A DNA stretch of 64,000 nucleotides from a virus (lineage: Duplodnaviria > Caudoviricetes): IMG/VR virus record IMGVR_UViG_3300025154_001556; one strand, written 5' to 3'. This document shows positions 18,966 to 28,463 of the stretch, one piece after another (position 1 is the stretch's first letter; every line of letters starts with the position of its first letter). The notes beneath the pieces are model-generated. The model saw only the letters and a program-made list of their open reading frames with translations. It was not told where the DNA came from and did not search any database. A program made the translations under genes and the position numbers.

Positions 18966-19256
18966 TTAAACTCCTTGAATATCATTACCAAAAAGTTGTT
19001 TTCTGGAAGCTACCTTAGATAAACGTAGTTTTTCTACATTATCAATTTTATTTTGTTGTATCGTACCGTCTCCAAAGGCCATACCCTCAGGGTCATCTCG
19101 GTAATCCCAAATACCTCCTAAGCATTCTTCACCTGTTTCATCATCAATCATAATCTCCAAGGCCAAACCCAAAGGATGAAAAAATAATCTATTGGCTTCC
19201 TGTAAAAAGCCAAATTCTCTAAATTCTTTTATGTCCATCCTATTAATAGTAGTCAT
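18966..19256 (-). CDS. Conserved phage hypothetical protein
   Basis: IKEFREFGFLQEANRLFFHPLGLALE. Confidence 0.65.
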   Translation of the reverse strand: MTTINRMDIKEFREFGFLQEANRLFFHPLGLALEIMIDDETGEECLGGIWDYRDDPEGMAFGDGTIQQNKIDNVEKLRLSKVASRKQLFGNDIQGV

Positions 19257-19266
19257 TTTTATCTCC

Positions 19267-19653
19267 TTAAAGTTGTTTTTTATAATTACCTTTACCTGGT
19301 ATTACATTCCTAACCCCGCCGATAGGATCTTCTACATCCCCGTCACGTCTTGGAATTAGGTGACAATGCGCATGCATTATCGTCTGTCCAGCAGACTCAC
19401 CGCAATTCCAGCCAACATTAAAACCAGTTATAGTGGGATCTTCTCTTACCATTTCTTCTTTTAATATAGTACAAATGCTGTATATATCATCCAACTCCTC
19501 ACGACTTAAATCCCAATAAGTTTTTTTATGCACAAAAGGTATGATTAGTTTGTGCCCCTTTGTTACAGCATACGAGTCATCCACAGCGTAAGCAGTTATT
19601 AATTCCAACACGCCCTGCTTTTCAAAAAATTCTTGATTACAAAATAAGCACAT
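19267..19653 (-). CDS. HIT family hydrolase
   Basis: CLFC, VTKGH.LIIP..H, GFNVGWN.G..AGQT..HAHCHLIPRRDGD. Confidence 0.93.
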   Translation of the reverse strand: MCLFCNQEFFEKQGVLELITAYAVDDSYAVTKGHKLIIPFVHKKTYWDLSREELDDIYSICTILKEEMVREDPTITGFNVGWNCGESAGQTIMHAHCHLIPRRDGDVEDPIGGVRNVIPGKGNYKKQL

Positions 19654-19655
19654 AA

Positions 19656-20141
19656 TTAAACCTCCAAGCTTTTTATTGGCTCCCCTAAGGTTACCTCTTC
19701 ATATAAATTACTCAAAATCTTTCTTGGTATTTTATATCCTAATGTTATATAGTTGTTATTAGGCACCTCTATTAGTGGGATATTCCTTTCTTTGGTGTAG
19801 TCTTCTACAAGTACTATGAGTGCTTGTAAATTTTTAAAAACAAATAGTTTATTATCGTTAATAAAAAAATATATAAATAGCCTACTTCCCTTTTCCCATG
19901 CCTGCCAAGGTCCCCCAGGAGATAGATTATGTTTTTTACTATAACGTTCTATAAAAAAATTAGGCGTTTTATTTATACTATATGTATCTGTTTTAACTTC
20001 GGTAGGGGTACTATTTTTTATATATACCAAGTCTGAAGCACGACTTTTAACAAACCAATCGAAATCATTTGGGTACGTATCTTTAATAAGCTGTTCACCC
20101 TTATTCCCAACCTCTAATTGTTTACTCCATTGATACATCAT
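19656..20141 (-). CDS. PD-(D/E)XK nuclease-like protein
   Basis: GE..I, SD....EVKTD....TPNFFIE; start abuts the Dam-like stop. Confidence 0.6.
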   Translation of the reverse strand: MMYQWSKQLEVGNKGEQLIKDTYPNDFDWFVKSRASDLVYIKNSTPTEVKTDTYSINKTPNFFIERYSKKHNLSPGGPWQAWEKGSRLFIYFFINDNKLFVFKNLQALIVLVEDYTKERNIPLIEVPNNNYITLGYKIPRKILSNLYEEVTLGEPIKSLEV

Positions 20142-20992
20142 TATCCTCCAAATAAATCCACAGTAAGTTTTTTTATTGGGTAGTTGGTTACTATAACTTC
20201 TTCTACTTTACCTCTTCCAGCAGCATCGCTATTAATATACCTGTGGACTTCTATTACATTAATAACGTACTCTTTATATAAATCTTGTATGAATGCGGTA
20301 TTTGCATTAGACAGCATCCATTTTACGCCACGTCTGTTTAATTCATCACACAAGTTTTTTACAAGCTGTTGATCCTTTTGATTAAAATCATCTTTATTAT
20401 AACCTGTAAAAGAATTACCATCTAATATATCGTAAGGAGGATCACTATATACAAAGTCATCTTTCTTGACATAATCAAGTATTTTGCTGTAATGCGCACG
20501 TTCGATGTGGGTATCGGCAAGACTCTCAGCACACTCTTCTAATAAAAACACATCATCTATGGTCGGGTTATTTCTAAAACCAAAGGGGACATTAAAAAGA
20601 CCCTTAGAGTTTACTCTAAACAAACCATTAAAACATGTTTTATTAAGAAATAGAAATCTTGCTGCTTTGTCTATATCTACTTCATCGCTGTACTGATCCA
20701 TGCCTTTTTGATCTCTGACTGTGTAATAATAAGCCTCATCATTTACGTGTTGTTTCAACGCTTCTATTAGTTCCTGAGTATTATTTTTAAGCACCTTATA
20801 AAAATTTATTAGGTCGCTGTTGCAATCTATAAGTATAGCGTTTTTGGGACGTAAGTGAAAAAAGAATGACGCCCCTCCCGCAAAATTCTCTATGTATCTA
20901 TTATAAGCGGTGGGCATATAGCTAGTTAAATCTTTTAATAACTTACCTTTCCCGCCAGCCCACCTTAATGGGGACTTAGCCATACTAATCAC
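20141..20992 (-). CDS. DNA adenine methyltransferase, D12/Dam family
   Basis: PLRWAGGK, ENFAGG, LNKTCFNGLFRVN..G.FNVP.G, YSDPPY, MLSN. Confidence 0.92.
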   Translation of the reverse strand: MISMAKSPLRWAGGKGKLLKDLTSYMPTAYNRYIENFAGGASFFFHLRPKNAILIDCNSDLINFYKVLKNNTQELIEALKQHVNDEAYYYTVRDQKGMDQYSDEVDIDKAARFLFLNKTCFNGLFRVNSKGLFNVPFGFRNNPTIDDVFLLEECAESLADTHIERAHYSKILDYVKKDDFVYSDPPYDILDGNSFTGYNKDDFNQKDQQLVKNLCDELNRRGVKWMLSNANTAFIQDLYKEYVINVIEVHRYINSDAAGRGKVEEVIVTNYPIKKLTVDLFGG

Positions 20993-21099
20993 CTATATTT
21001 ATACCCGTATTTATTAGTTAAAATAGCTCTGTACCAAGCCGTGTGCCAATCTCTATCACTATTAGCCCTAGTATTACATCCTATACATAATGTTATTAA
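20989..21099 (-). pseudogene. Remnant C-terminus of an HNH endonuclease
   Basis: Hand translation LITLCIGCNTRANSDRDWHTAWYRAILTNKYGYKYR-stop; upstream in-frame stop and no start codon. Confidence 0.45.
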
Positions 21100-21159
21100 A
21101 ATGTATAGCCGGTAGCATGAAACGAATTTATTACTTCAGTGTTACTAGGCGACATTGCA

Positions 21160-22134
21160 TTATATAGGTTTTATATTATTAAAATACTTATCATCTAAGT
21201 CAAATGTATGTTTAATTCTATACTTTGCTATCTCCACAGTTTCTAGATCCATCTCAATACCTAAAAAAGGCCTATTTAGTTTTCTACAAACAACCCCTAA
21301 ACTACCAGTACCGCAATAGATATCAGCAACCAGTTGATTGGATGAGTTAGTTAGAAGTTTTACAAGCCACGAAAGAATACCTAAGGGCTTAACAGATACA
21401 TGTGGGTTGTTTATAGTATTGTTTACAGTTTTCTCTTCTTTGGCCGCTCTAGGACAATACTGTATATTGGTTGGTAGTGCCCCCCTACTATTAGGCACCC
21501 ATTCAGTCCTATTTAATTTACTAAATGTATTACTTTTAGTCTCTGATTGCATATGCCCCTTACCAGTTTCCTCAAATTTTCTGACTATTGAAGAATGGTC
21601 TCCTTTATACACTTGACGAGTATCCTCCAAATTAAGTAGATTGGTTCTGTATAAGGACCAATTATTTAATTCTGACCCAACAAGCTTTTTTCTATATATA
21701 AGTATAGGGTTATAGACATTACGTATCTTACTACCATATGAACCGTCTTCTGTTTTTATACCTTTAATATGTGTACCTGCAAATGCCCAAATTAATTGAT
21801 CTCTAAATTCAAACTGTGTTTGACTCATCCTAGCATATAAAATAGGGAGCATTGACGGCTGACAAAAAATAGCTAAGTGGCCACCTGGTTTTAATTTATC
21901 ATAGCATAAGTTCCATACTTCTACAGACGGCATATCGTTGTCCCAAGTATCCATTTTAACCCCATATGGAGGGTCTGTGATTATAGCATGGATAGAATCG
22001 TCTTGAAGTGCTTGCAATAAGTCTTCACATTTACCTGCGCGCACTTCAAAATTTGATCCTGTTCCTGTATATATATTGGATCTGGGACGCCCTTTTTCAG
22101 GTCTAACTTTACAATCAAAAATATCATAAATCAT
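21160..22134 (-). CDS. N4-C/N6-A DNA methyltransferase (beta class)
   Basis: IITDPPY before HVSVKP...VADIYCGTGS..FLGIE (motif IV before motif I). Confidence 0.88.
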   Translation of the reverse strand: MIYDIFDCKVRPEKGRPRSNIYTGTGSNFEVRAGKCEDLLQALQDDSIHAIITDPPYGVKMDTWDNDMPSVEVWNLCYDKLKPGGHLAIFCQPSMLPILYARMSQTQFEFRDQLIWAFAGTHIKGIKTEDGSYGSKIRNVYNPILIYRKKLVGSELNNWSLYRTNLLNLEDTRQVYKGDHSSIVRKFEETGKGHMQSETKSNTFSKLNRTEWVPNSRGALPTNIQYCPRAAKEEKTVNNTINNPHVSVKPLGILSWLVKLLTNSSNQLVADIYCGTGSLGVVCRKLNRPFLGIEMDLETVEIAKYRIKHTFDLDDKYFNNIKPI

Positions 22135-22140
22135 TATAAA

Positions 22141-25100
22141 TCACCTATCTAATACATGTCTTATTAATACCGCTAAATCAGTTAATGTGAAGGGTTTATT
22201 TAAATAACCTAAAGCCCCCATAGTTTTTGTTTCCCCAATAGGTCCTGCATCTGAGTAACCACTGGCAATTATTACCTTGGCTTTAGGATCATACTCCAAT
22301 AGTTTTTTCAAACAAGCTATACCACCCATACCAGGCATATTAAGATCCAATATAACTAAATCTATTTTAAAGGTTTTCTTATAGATATCCAGTGCTTCTT
22401 CACCGTTTTTAGCTAATATAACATTATAGCCTTGTGTTGTCAAGTAATTTTCAGTTAAATCAGTTAAAAACTCTTCATCATCTACCACAAGTATGGTTTC
22501 ATTGCCCTCAGTATAATCTGTTACTGTGATTACCGCTGTGGGCGGTTTGATAACAGCGGTTCTATCCGCCGGTAAATAAATACAAAAGGTAGTTCCTTGA
22601 TCAACTACGCTATCACACGTTATATAACCTGAATGGTTTTTTACAATACCATAAACCACATATAAACCTAAACCTGAACCACCTGTCGTTTGTTTTTTCG
22701 TAGTAAAAAAGGGATTAAAAATCTTGCTTATGTTTTCTTGTGGTATACCACACCCAGTATCACTAACCGTAAGTACTACATAGGTGCCTTCTTTAAATTC
22801 TGTATGCCCAGCACCTATATGCGTATTACATGTTATTATATTTAAATCACCACCATCTGGCATAGCATGTACAGCATTTATAGCAAGATTCATTATAACC
22901 TGCTCTATTTGTCCAACATCAGCCATAATAGGGTATAGGTCTTTTTCTAAGGAGTAGTCAATGTTTATCATCTTAGGTATAGTTCTTTTCATAAGCTCTA
23001 CCGTACTTTCTACTGATCTGTTTAAGCTAATTGGTTCTTTAAAACTTCTTTCCTTTTCAGAAAAGTATCTGAGCTGCCCTGTTAAGCGGGCTCCTTTATT
23101 AGCAGCCTCTACTATTGCTTGTATATACTCTTTTTTTGGTGTTTTCTCATTATTTATTTCCAGCATAATTAAATCAGAGTAGCCTAAAATAATTTGTAGT
23201 ATGTTATTAAAATCATGTGATAACCCACCAGATAAGGTGCCTATGGCCTCCATTTTTTGTGCTTCACGTAATTGTTTTTCTAATCGTAATGTTTTTATTA
23301 TATTACGTTTTCGTTGTATTATACGCCAAACATTATCGGCAAGGCTGAGCAAGTGGTCAACGTCTTTATTGTTGTAGTCACCATGATTTTTATTACCTAC
23401 ACCAAAAATAGCTACAATATTGTTACCATCAAATACGGGTACGTTCATATGATTAGTTATAGGCACATGCCCCTCTGGTAAACCACGTTTATTTATATAA
23501 TTAGGATAATCATTTATAAAAATGGCTTCTCTTGTTCTCAAACAATCTGCCCATACACCACACTTATCTAAGTTATAAGTAACATTTAATTTATCTGACC
23601 TAGAGCATTCACTCATAGCTTTGCCATTGTACGCTACTTGGGTTATTTTATCTTCATCACTATTAACCAGACTAACATAGCTTATAGAACTGTCACAAAG
23701 TTTTGAAATACTTTCGGCCACAAAAGCAAATATACTTGCCTCATCTCTTTCTTCCATCTGACTAAGTTCTAAAAGTATTTCTTTACGCTGGCTTAGTAAC
23801 TTGGTTTCTTCCTCCGCCTGTTTGCGCTCAGATATGTCTGTAATAACACAATGTGTTTGTTTAAAATTACCATTGTTATCATAACCAACCCTACCACTGA
23901 CACTAACCCAGACTGGAGTACCATCAGCTTTATTTAAAATATATTCTATACCAGAAAGATAACCAACTTTTTTTAATTTAGGTAGTTGCTCATTTATATA
24001 GGTATGATATCTTTTATCAACAAAATCTAATATATTACGTTTTTGTACTTCTTCTTTTTTATACCCTAATAATTCTAGCCAAGCATTATTAACATCAAGT
24101 AATTCACCGTGTATGCCTAAGGATTGATAGGCCAACGGTGCGTTCATAAACAAATCTTTATATTTTTTCTCATTTTCTATAAGGCGTATTGAGGCTTTTT
24201 GTAAGTCTTGTTGACGTAATTCATTTGATCGTAACGCAAGAAAAATACCAAACAAACCTATTATATACACTGCTGCATGGCAATATAAATCTACTATCAT
24301 TTTAGAATCTGCCAAGTCATGCATATGATCCATTGGAAGGCTTACACTTAGTGCGCCTACTAATTCCCCATCCTTAAATTGTTTGTGGCATACTTTACAG
24401 CCCTCCACTGCGTAAATAGTGTGTATATACCTAAAAGTGTTATCATCCACATAGTAGCTTTCTATTTTTTTACCTTCTTTTATAGACTCTAATAATTTGT
24501 TTTCCCAAAGTTCTGGCTGATCTTTTGTATTAAAACCCAGAATGCGGGCGGAGCTGGCTGCTTTGTGGGTATCTAATGTTACTCCAGCCTCATCAAAGTT
24601 TTTTAGCGTAGTATATGAGTACCTCATTACGACGCTGGGATTGAATAAAGGATTACTAGTACTACCATTAAGACACTCTTTCACATTTGCATGTGTTTCT
24701 TTTTTATGAGTTGTCATATTAGAGTTGGGTAGCCCCCCATAGTTAGTAATCCAGGATCTAAGCAATAAATCCTTTTCAAAAATGTTTTGTGCTTCAAGCA
24801 AAGCTGTGTGTTCTATAATATTATGTATTCTAGTGTGGTTATAACCTAAGGAGCTGGCTATAAGTGCGGTCCAAATAAAGAATACTATGGAATACGCGGT
24901 TGTATTAAGTTTACCACCAAATTTAGTTGTAAACAATAACAATATGGCTACTATTGCCACAAACAACACTAAGTAAGGTATTACTTCTTTTACACCGTAT
25001 TTAGGATATTTTTGTTGTATAGGTAGTTTTGAAAACCATTTATGCAATGCAACACTGTACGGTGATCCTTCATCTATTATCCAATCCTTCATATAATTGT

Positions 25101-25758
25101 CAATAGTGGATAGTATGTTTAAATGTTGATCTTTACGTGTAGCAAATAGTGCGGTGGAGGGAGAAAAAAATAAACCCGTTCTTTTTATATTATATGTTTT
25201 TAACGCGGCAGCATCATGGATATTGTTGGCCACAATAAATGTGGTCTCATTACTACTTATACTATTAAATAATTCAGCATAACTTTGGTAATATAACAAA
25301 GTAGGTTTAATACCAACACTATTGCAATAGTCGTAAAAAGAATTTGCAATTACTGTGTCTTTTATAACCCCTACACGCTTATTATTCAACTCCGTAAAAG
25401 TATTTATACTTGTGTTAGTGTGTGTATAAACAACACCCCAAAAAGTAAATAAAGGTATAGATGAGAAACTAAGAGTTTCTTCAAGAGAATCTGTTTTTGC
25501 AATAGCTGGTAATAGGTCTATTTTACCTGTTTTTAGTTCATCCAAGCACTCTGAAAAATTACAGCTTTTGTAAGTTATATTCCAACCCTCCATAGCTGCT
25601 ATATTATCCAAAACATCTACATACAGGCCTTGTGCTTTATCTTCGTCATAGTAAGTTATAGGTTTATTTTCAAACACACCTACTACTAAATCGTTAGCAG
25701 AAGTAGCTTGTGTTAATAAAACTAGTATGATGCTAAATAATACTGCTTTTAGGGTCAT
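22141..25758 (-). CDS. Hybrid sensor histidine kinase: periplasmic SBP, DUF3365-like heme domain, PAS, GAF, HisKA, HATPase, REC
   Basis: Signal peptide; SBP fold; CKVCH; PAS; GAF; GGLSHDFNNIL H-box; EQVIMNLAINAVHAM, DTGCGI, FNPFFTTK, GSGLGL; ILVVDDE..LVILDLNMPGMGG. Confidence 0.93.
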   Translation of the reverse strand: MTLKAVLFSIILVLLTQATSANDLVVGVFENKPITYYDEDKAQGLYVDVLDNIAAMEGWNITYKSCNFSECLDELKTGKIDLLPAIAKTDSLEETLSFSSIPLFTFWGVVYTHTNTSINTFTELNNKRVGVIKDTVIANSFYDYCNSVGIKPTLLYYQSYAELFNSISSNETTFIVANNIHDAAALKTYNIKRTGLFFSPSTALFATRKDQHLNILSTIDNYMKDWIIDEGSPYSVALHKWFSKLPIQQKYPKYGVKEVIPYLVLFVAIVAILLLFTTKFGGKLNTTAYSIVFFIWTALIASSLGYNHTRIHNIIEHTALLEAQNIFEKDLLLRSWITNYGGLPNSNMTTHKKETHANVKECLNGSTSNPLFNPSVVMRYSYTTLKNFDEAGVTLDTHKAASSARILGFNTKDQPELWENKLLESIKEGKKIESYYVDDNTFRYIHTIYAVEGCKVCHKQFKDGELVGALSVSLPMDHMHDLADSKMIVDLYCHAAVYIIGLFGIFLALRSNELRQQDLQKASIRLIENEKKYKDLFMNAPLAYQSLGIHGELLDVNNAWLELLGYKKEEVQKRNILDFVDKRYHTYINEQLPKLKKVGYLSGIEYILNKADGTPVWVSVSGRVGYDNNGNFKQTHCVITDISERKQAEEETKLLSQRKEILLELSQMEERDEASIFAFVAESISKLCDSSISYVSLVNSDEDKITQVAYNGKAMSECSRSDKLNVTYNLDKCGVWADCLRTREAIFINDYPNYINKRGLPEGHVPITNHMNVPVFDGNNIVAIFGVGNKNHGDYNNKDVDHLLSLADNVWRIIQRKRNIIKTLRLEKQLREAQKMEAIGTLSGGLSHDFNNILQIILGYSDLIMLEINNEKTPKKEYIQAIVEAANKGARLTGQLRYFSEKERSFKEPISLNRSVESTVELMKRTIPKMINIDYSLEKDLYPIMADVGQIEQVIMNLAINAVHAMPDGGDLNIITCNTHIGAGHTEFKEGTYVVLTVSDTGCGIPQENISKIFNPFFTTKKQTTGGSGLGLYVVYGIVKNHSGYITCDSVVDQGTTFCIYLPADRTAVIKPPTAVITVTDYTEGNETILVVDDEEFLTDLTENYLTTQGYNVILAKNGEEALDIYKKTFKIDLVILDLNMPGMGGIACLKKLLEYDPKAKVIIASGYSDAGPIGETKTMGALGYLNKPFTLTDLAVLIRHVLDR

Positions 25759-25775
25759 ATTGCCACCTCTATAAT

Positions 25776-25808
25776 AAAGGGCTGATGCTTTAATAACATC
25801 AGCCCTTT
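25776..25808 (-). terminator. Terminator-like hairpin
   Basis: aaagggctgatg-N9-catcagcccttt. Confidence 0.75.
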
Positions 25809-25867
25809 AAGTAGCTATCAATTTTTACAGAGTTTAAAAACTCTTTTTAATAAACACAACATTTTGT

Positions 25868-26176
25868 TTAACCAACTTGTACTATCTCCAACACGCCGGG
25901 GGCATTTGGAGCAATAAAATCTAAAGGGACCGCAGTTGCAACACTCATGTCACTTTCATTGCCCCCACCATCGTATGCAGTTACACCTAAATTAAAAACA
26001 CCCTCTTTTCCTGTGGCTATTGTAGATAAATCTACTTCCATGGCCATACCAAGATCAATTGAAGGAGAATCATAGGTTAATTCCATTGTCGCATCTACAA
26101 AATAAAGCTTATACCCAGTCACATCAGCACTACTTGAACCAGGAAACCTTAGAGTTTTACTTACAATTTTTGCCAT
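25868..26176 (-). CDS. Fibronectin type III-like small protein
   Basis: DVTGYKLYF...GVTAYD..GNESD...APNAPG. Confidence 0.7.
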   Translation of the reverse strand: MAKIVSKTLRFPGSSSADVTGYKLYFVDATMELTYDSPSIDLGMAMEVDLSTIATGKEGVFNLGVTAYDGGGNESDMSVATAVPLDFIAPNAPGVLEIVQVG

Positions 26177-26194
26177 TTTAATTTCCTCCTAAAT

Positions 26195-26884
26195 TTATTG
26201 TATTATTATTGGTCCGGCGCCGGCTACCCAGCCCGAAATTAGTTTTGGGGCAGACACCCAAGCTACCATATTGTCTGCTTTTAAATCCACCCTATATAAA
26301 CCTGTAACAGGTAACTTTATAATTATTACATTTGTATTTATTGTAGATATTATACGGTAAACCTTTTTATTAATATCATATAGCCTGAATGTGTAAGAAA
26401 TCGCACCAGATACCACAGGCCAAGATACAACAATATCCTTGTCCGTGGTACCTACGTATAAGTTCCCACCCAAAAGTTGAGCATCAGGATAATTTATTAA
26501 TATAGTATTAGGGTCTAATGCCCCATCAAGCACGGGTGGCTCTATAACAGGGTCAACCTGAGCAGTTGCCACAACGACTTCTTTGGAATAGTCACTTTCA
26601 AAACCATCGGTATCATAAGCGGTTGCAGCAAAGTATAGGGTAACACCGTCTGGTACACCTACTACTGTGTATGTTACCCTGCCATCTTTGGTCGCTGGTA
26701 ATCCGACATCTATGCCCATTGTATAACTACGGGTTGCTGAACCGTAATAAATTTTATACCCTTTTAAGTTAGTTTCAGTATTCGGTGCCCAAGCAAAAGT
26801 TAGATCTGCCGCATACGAAGTATTACTTATACTGAGTAAACATAGAAATAAAATTAATATTGTGCTTTTAATAAAATGGCGCAT
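26195..26884 (-). CDS. Secreted FN3-domain protein
   Basis: Signal peptide; LTFAWAPNTETNLKGYKIYYG...YFAATAYD..G.ESDYS.EV. Confidence 0.8.
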   Translation of the reverse strand: MRHFIKSTILILFLCLLSISNTSYAADLTFAWAPNTETNLKGYKIYYGSATRSYTMGIDVGLPATKDGRVTYTVVGVPDGVTLYFAATAYDTDGFESDYSKEVVVATAQVDPVIEPPVLDGALDPNTILINYPDAQLLGGNLYVGTTDKDIVVSWPVVSGAISYTFRLYDINKKVYRIISTINTNVIIIKLPVTGLYRVDLKADNMVAWVSAPKLISGWVAGAGPIIIQ

Positions 26885-26887
26885 TAT

Positions 26888-28462
26888 TTATAACCCCAAG
26901 TCATTGTATATATCATCTATATTATGAATTATTTTATAAGGTATATTTAGTTTATTATATGTATTTAGTATATTAGTATTTACATCACTTCTAAATTTAG
27001 GGTCCAAATCACGTACACCATCAGCTAACTGAAAGTTAAACATATCCATATTTGGTATATAAATAGTCTTATATAAATTTAGTATATGGTCCTTTATTAC
27101 ACCTTCATAGGCCGACATTGTAGAATTGCTGCCATGTATAGTAAGATCGTAACAATAAGCGTCCATTACAGACCTATCAGCAATAACAAAATCAACCTTA
27201 TCTTGTAATTCTAATTCCTCAGTTATTTGTTTACATGTTAACCATCTTGGAGTATGGGAACCTGCCCCCTTATTTATAATAAAGGGGCATTTCCGAGCTA
27301 ACTCATCAAGTACTATGGCATTTTTACCAGACAACTTCATTTTAGTACAAAGACTATACGCTATGGTGCTTTTTCCAGAGTTTTTTAATACTGTACCATC
27401 TGCATGGAGAAATAAATTATTACCGTCAAGAGTAAATCCATAATAAGTGCCAATACCAAGAGGGGTTACATTACGTATGCCCACTCTTGATGTTGTTCTT
27501 TGAGGATTTTTTACCTGTACCGCCTTTTTATGTGCAAGTTTACATGGTATTATATCTATACCTCTTGTTAAATTTACCCTATAATAATATCCCTCTTTAC
27601 CATTATTTGTGCAAACACATTTTACTTTTTTTATTGTTGTGTGTATACCGCAACTTCTAGAAATATAAAATAAATCATAGGCTAGTTGTTTAGACTTTAA
27701 TTTTACTTCATATCTACCTTTACTACGTTGATCTAAGTGTCCATCGGCATCCAGTATACCGGCTATAATGGATAAACGTTGTTCTATACTTGCATTAAAA
27801 TAATCTAAGGGTATATGTTTATTATTAATTAAATTATATTTCTGTAAATCAACTAAAAAACTATTCCCTTTACCTCTAACATTAGTTATTCCATAAGTAT
27901 ACTTAGTATTACCAACGTGTTTAAAAAACAAATTTCTGCTTTCAGCGAAACACTTAAATGTATTTAATATAATTTCATCTGTATTAGTTAATCTTGTTCC
28001 TGCTGAATGCCCATCACCAAGCCAAACACCCAGTATATATGGCGGTATTGCTAAGGTACTACTTACTGCTCTTTTAATAACAGCATTAAACTTACAAAGA
28101 ATTCTTTGTTTTTGTTTACCTAATTTTAAATAATTTTTTACTGTTATTATACGTATATCACCTAATTGTTGCTTTTTTAGTGATCTTTTTGTAGCCCCAC
28201 TTTTACGAGATTGTGAGTATTGTAATACTAACTCGTGACTTGCATTATAAATATGTTTTATTCCATCAATATATTCAAATTCATAAAGATCTTCCCTACC
28301 GTCTTTAAGTTCCAACACTCTTCTTGGGGTAGAGTCATCCCCCATTAAAACATCACCAACTACTATAAGTTCGACTGGTTTTATGGTACCATCATACATT
28401 CTAACTAAGGTGCCTTTACCAAAACAACCATGCGTGCCGCTAATAGCTATAATTTTCTTCAT
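26888..28462 (-). CDS. AAA_28/NadR-like P-loop kinase-ATPase (175 aa after splicing) containing an intein
   Basis: Spliced Walker A ISGTHG|SGKST; ELAR, DRS..D. Confidence 0.82.
   Translation of the reverse strand: MKKIIAISGTHGCFGKGTLVRMYDGTIKPVELIVVGDVLMGDDSTPRRVLELKDGREDLYEFEYIDGIKHIYNASHELVLQYSQSRKSGATKRSLKKQQLGDIRIITVKNYLKLGKQKQRILCKFNAVIKRAVSSTLAIPPYILGVWLGDGHSAGTRLTNTDEIILNTFKCFAESRNLFFKHVGNTKYTYGITNVRGKGNSFLVDLQKYNLINNKHIPLDYFNASIEQRLSIIAGILDADGHLDQRSKGRYEVKLKSKQLAYDLFYISRSCGIHTTIKKVKCVCTNNGKEGYYYRVNLTRGIDIIPCKLAHKKAVQVKNPQRTTSRVGIRNVTPLGIGTYYGFTLDGNNLFLHADGTVLKNSGKSTIAYSLCTKMKLSGKNAIVLDELARKCPFIINKGAGSHTPRWLTCKQITEELELQDKVDFVIADRSVMDAYCYDLTIHGSNSTMSAYEGVIKDHILNLYKTIYIPNMDMFNFQLADGVRDLDPKFRSDVNTNILNTYNKLNIPYKIIHNIDDIYNDLGL
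27380..28426 (-). mobile_element. Intein (349 aa) with LAGLIDADG endonuclease
   Basis: Starts CFGKGTLVRMYDG (VMA-like block A); AGILDADG; ends YGFTLDGNNLFLHADGTVLKN followed by Ser. Confidence 0.93.
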
Positions 28463-28463
28463 A

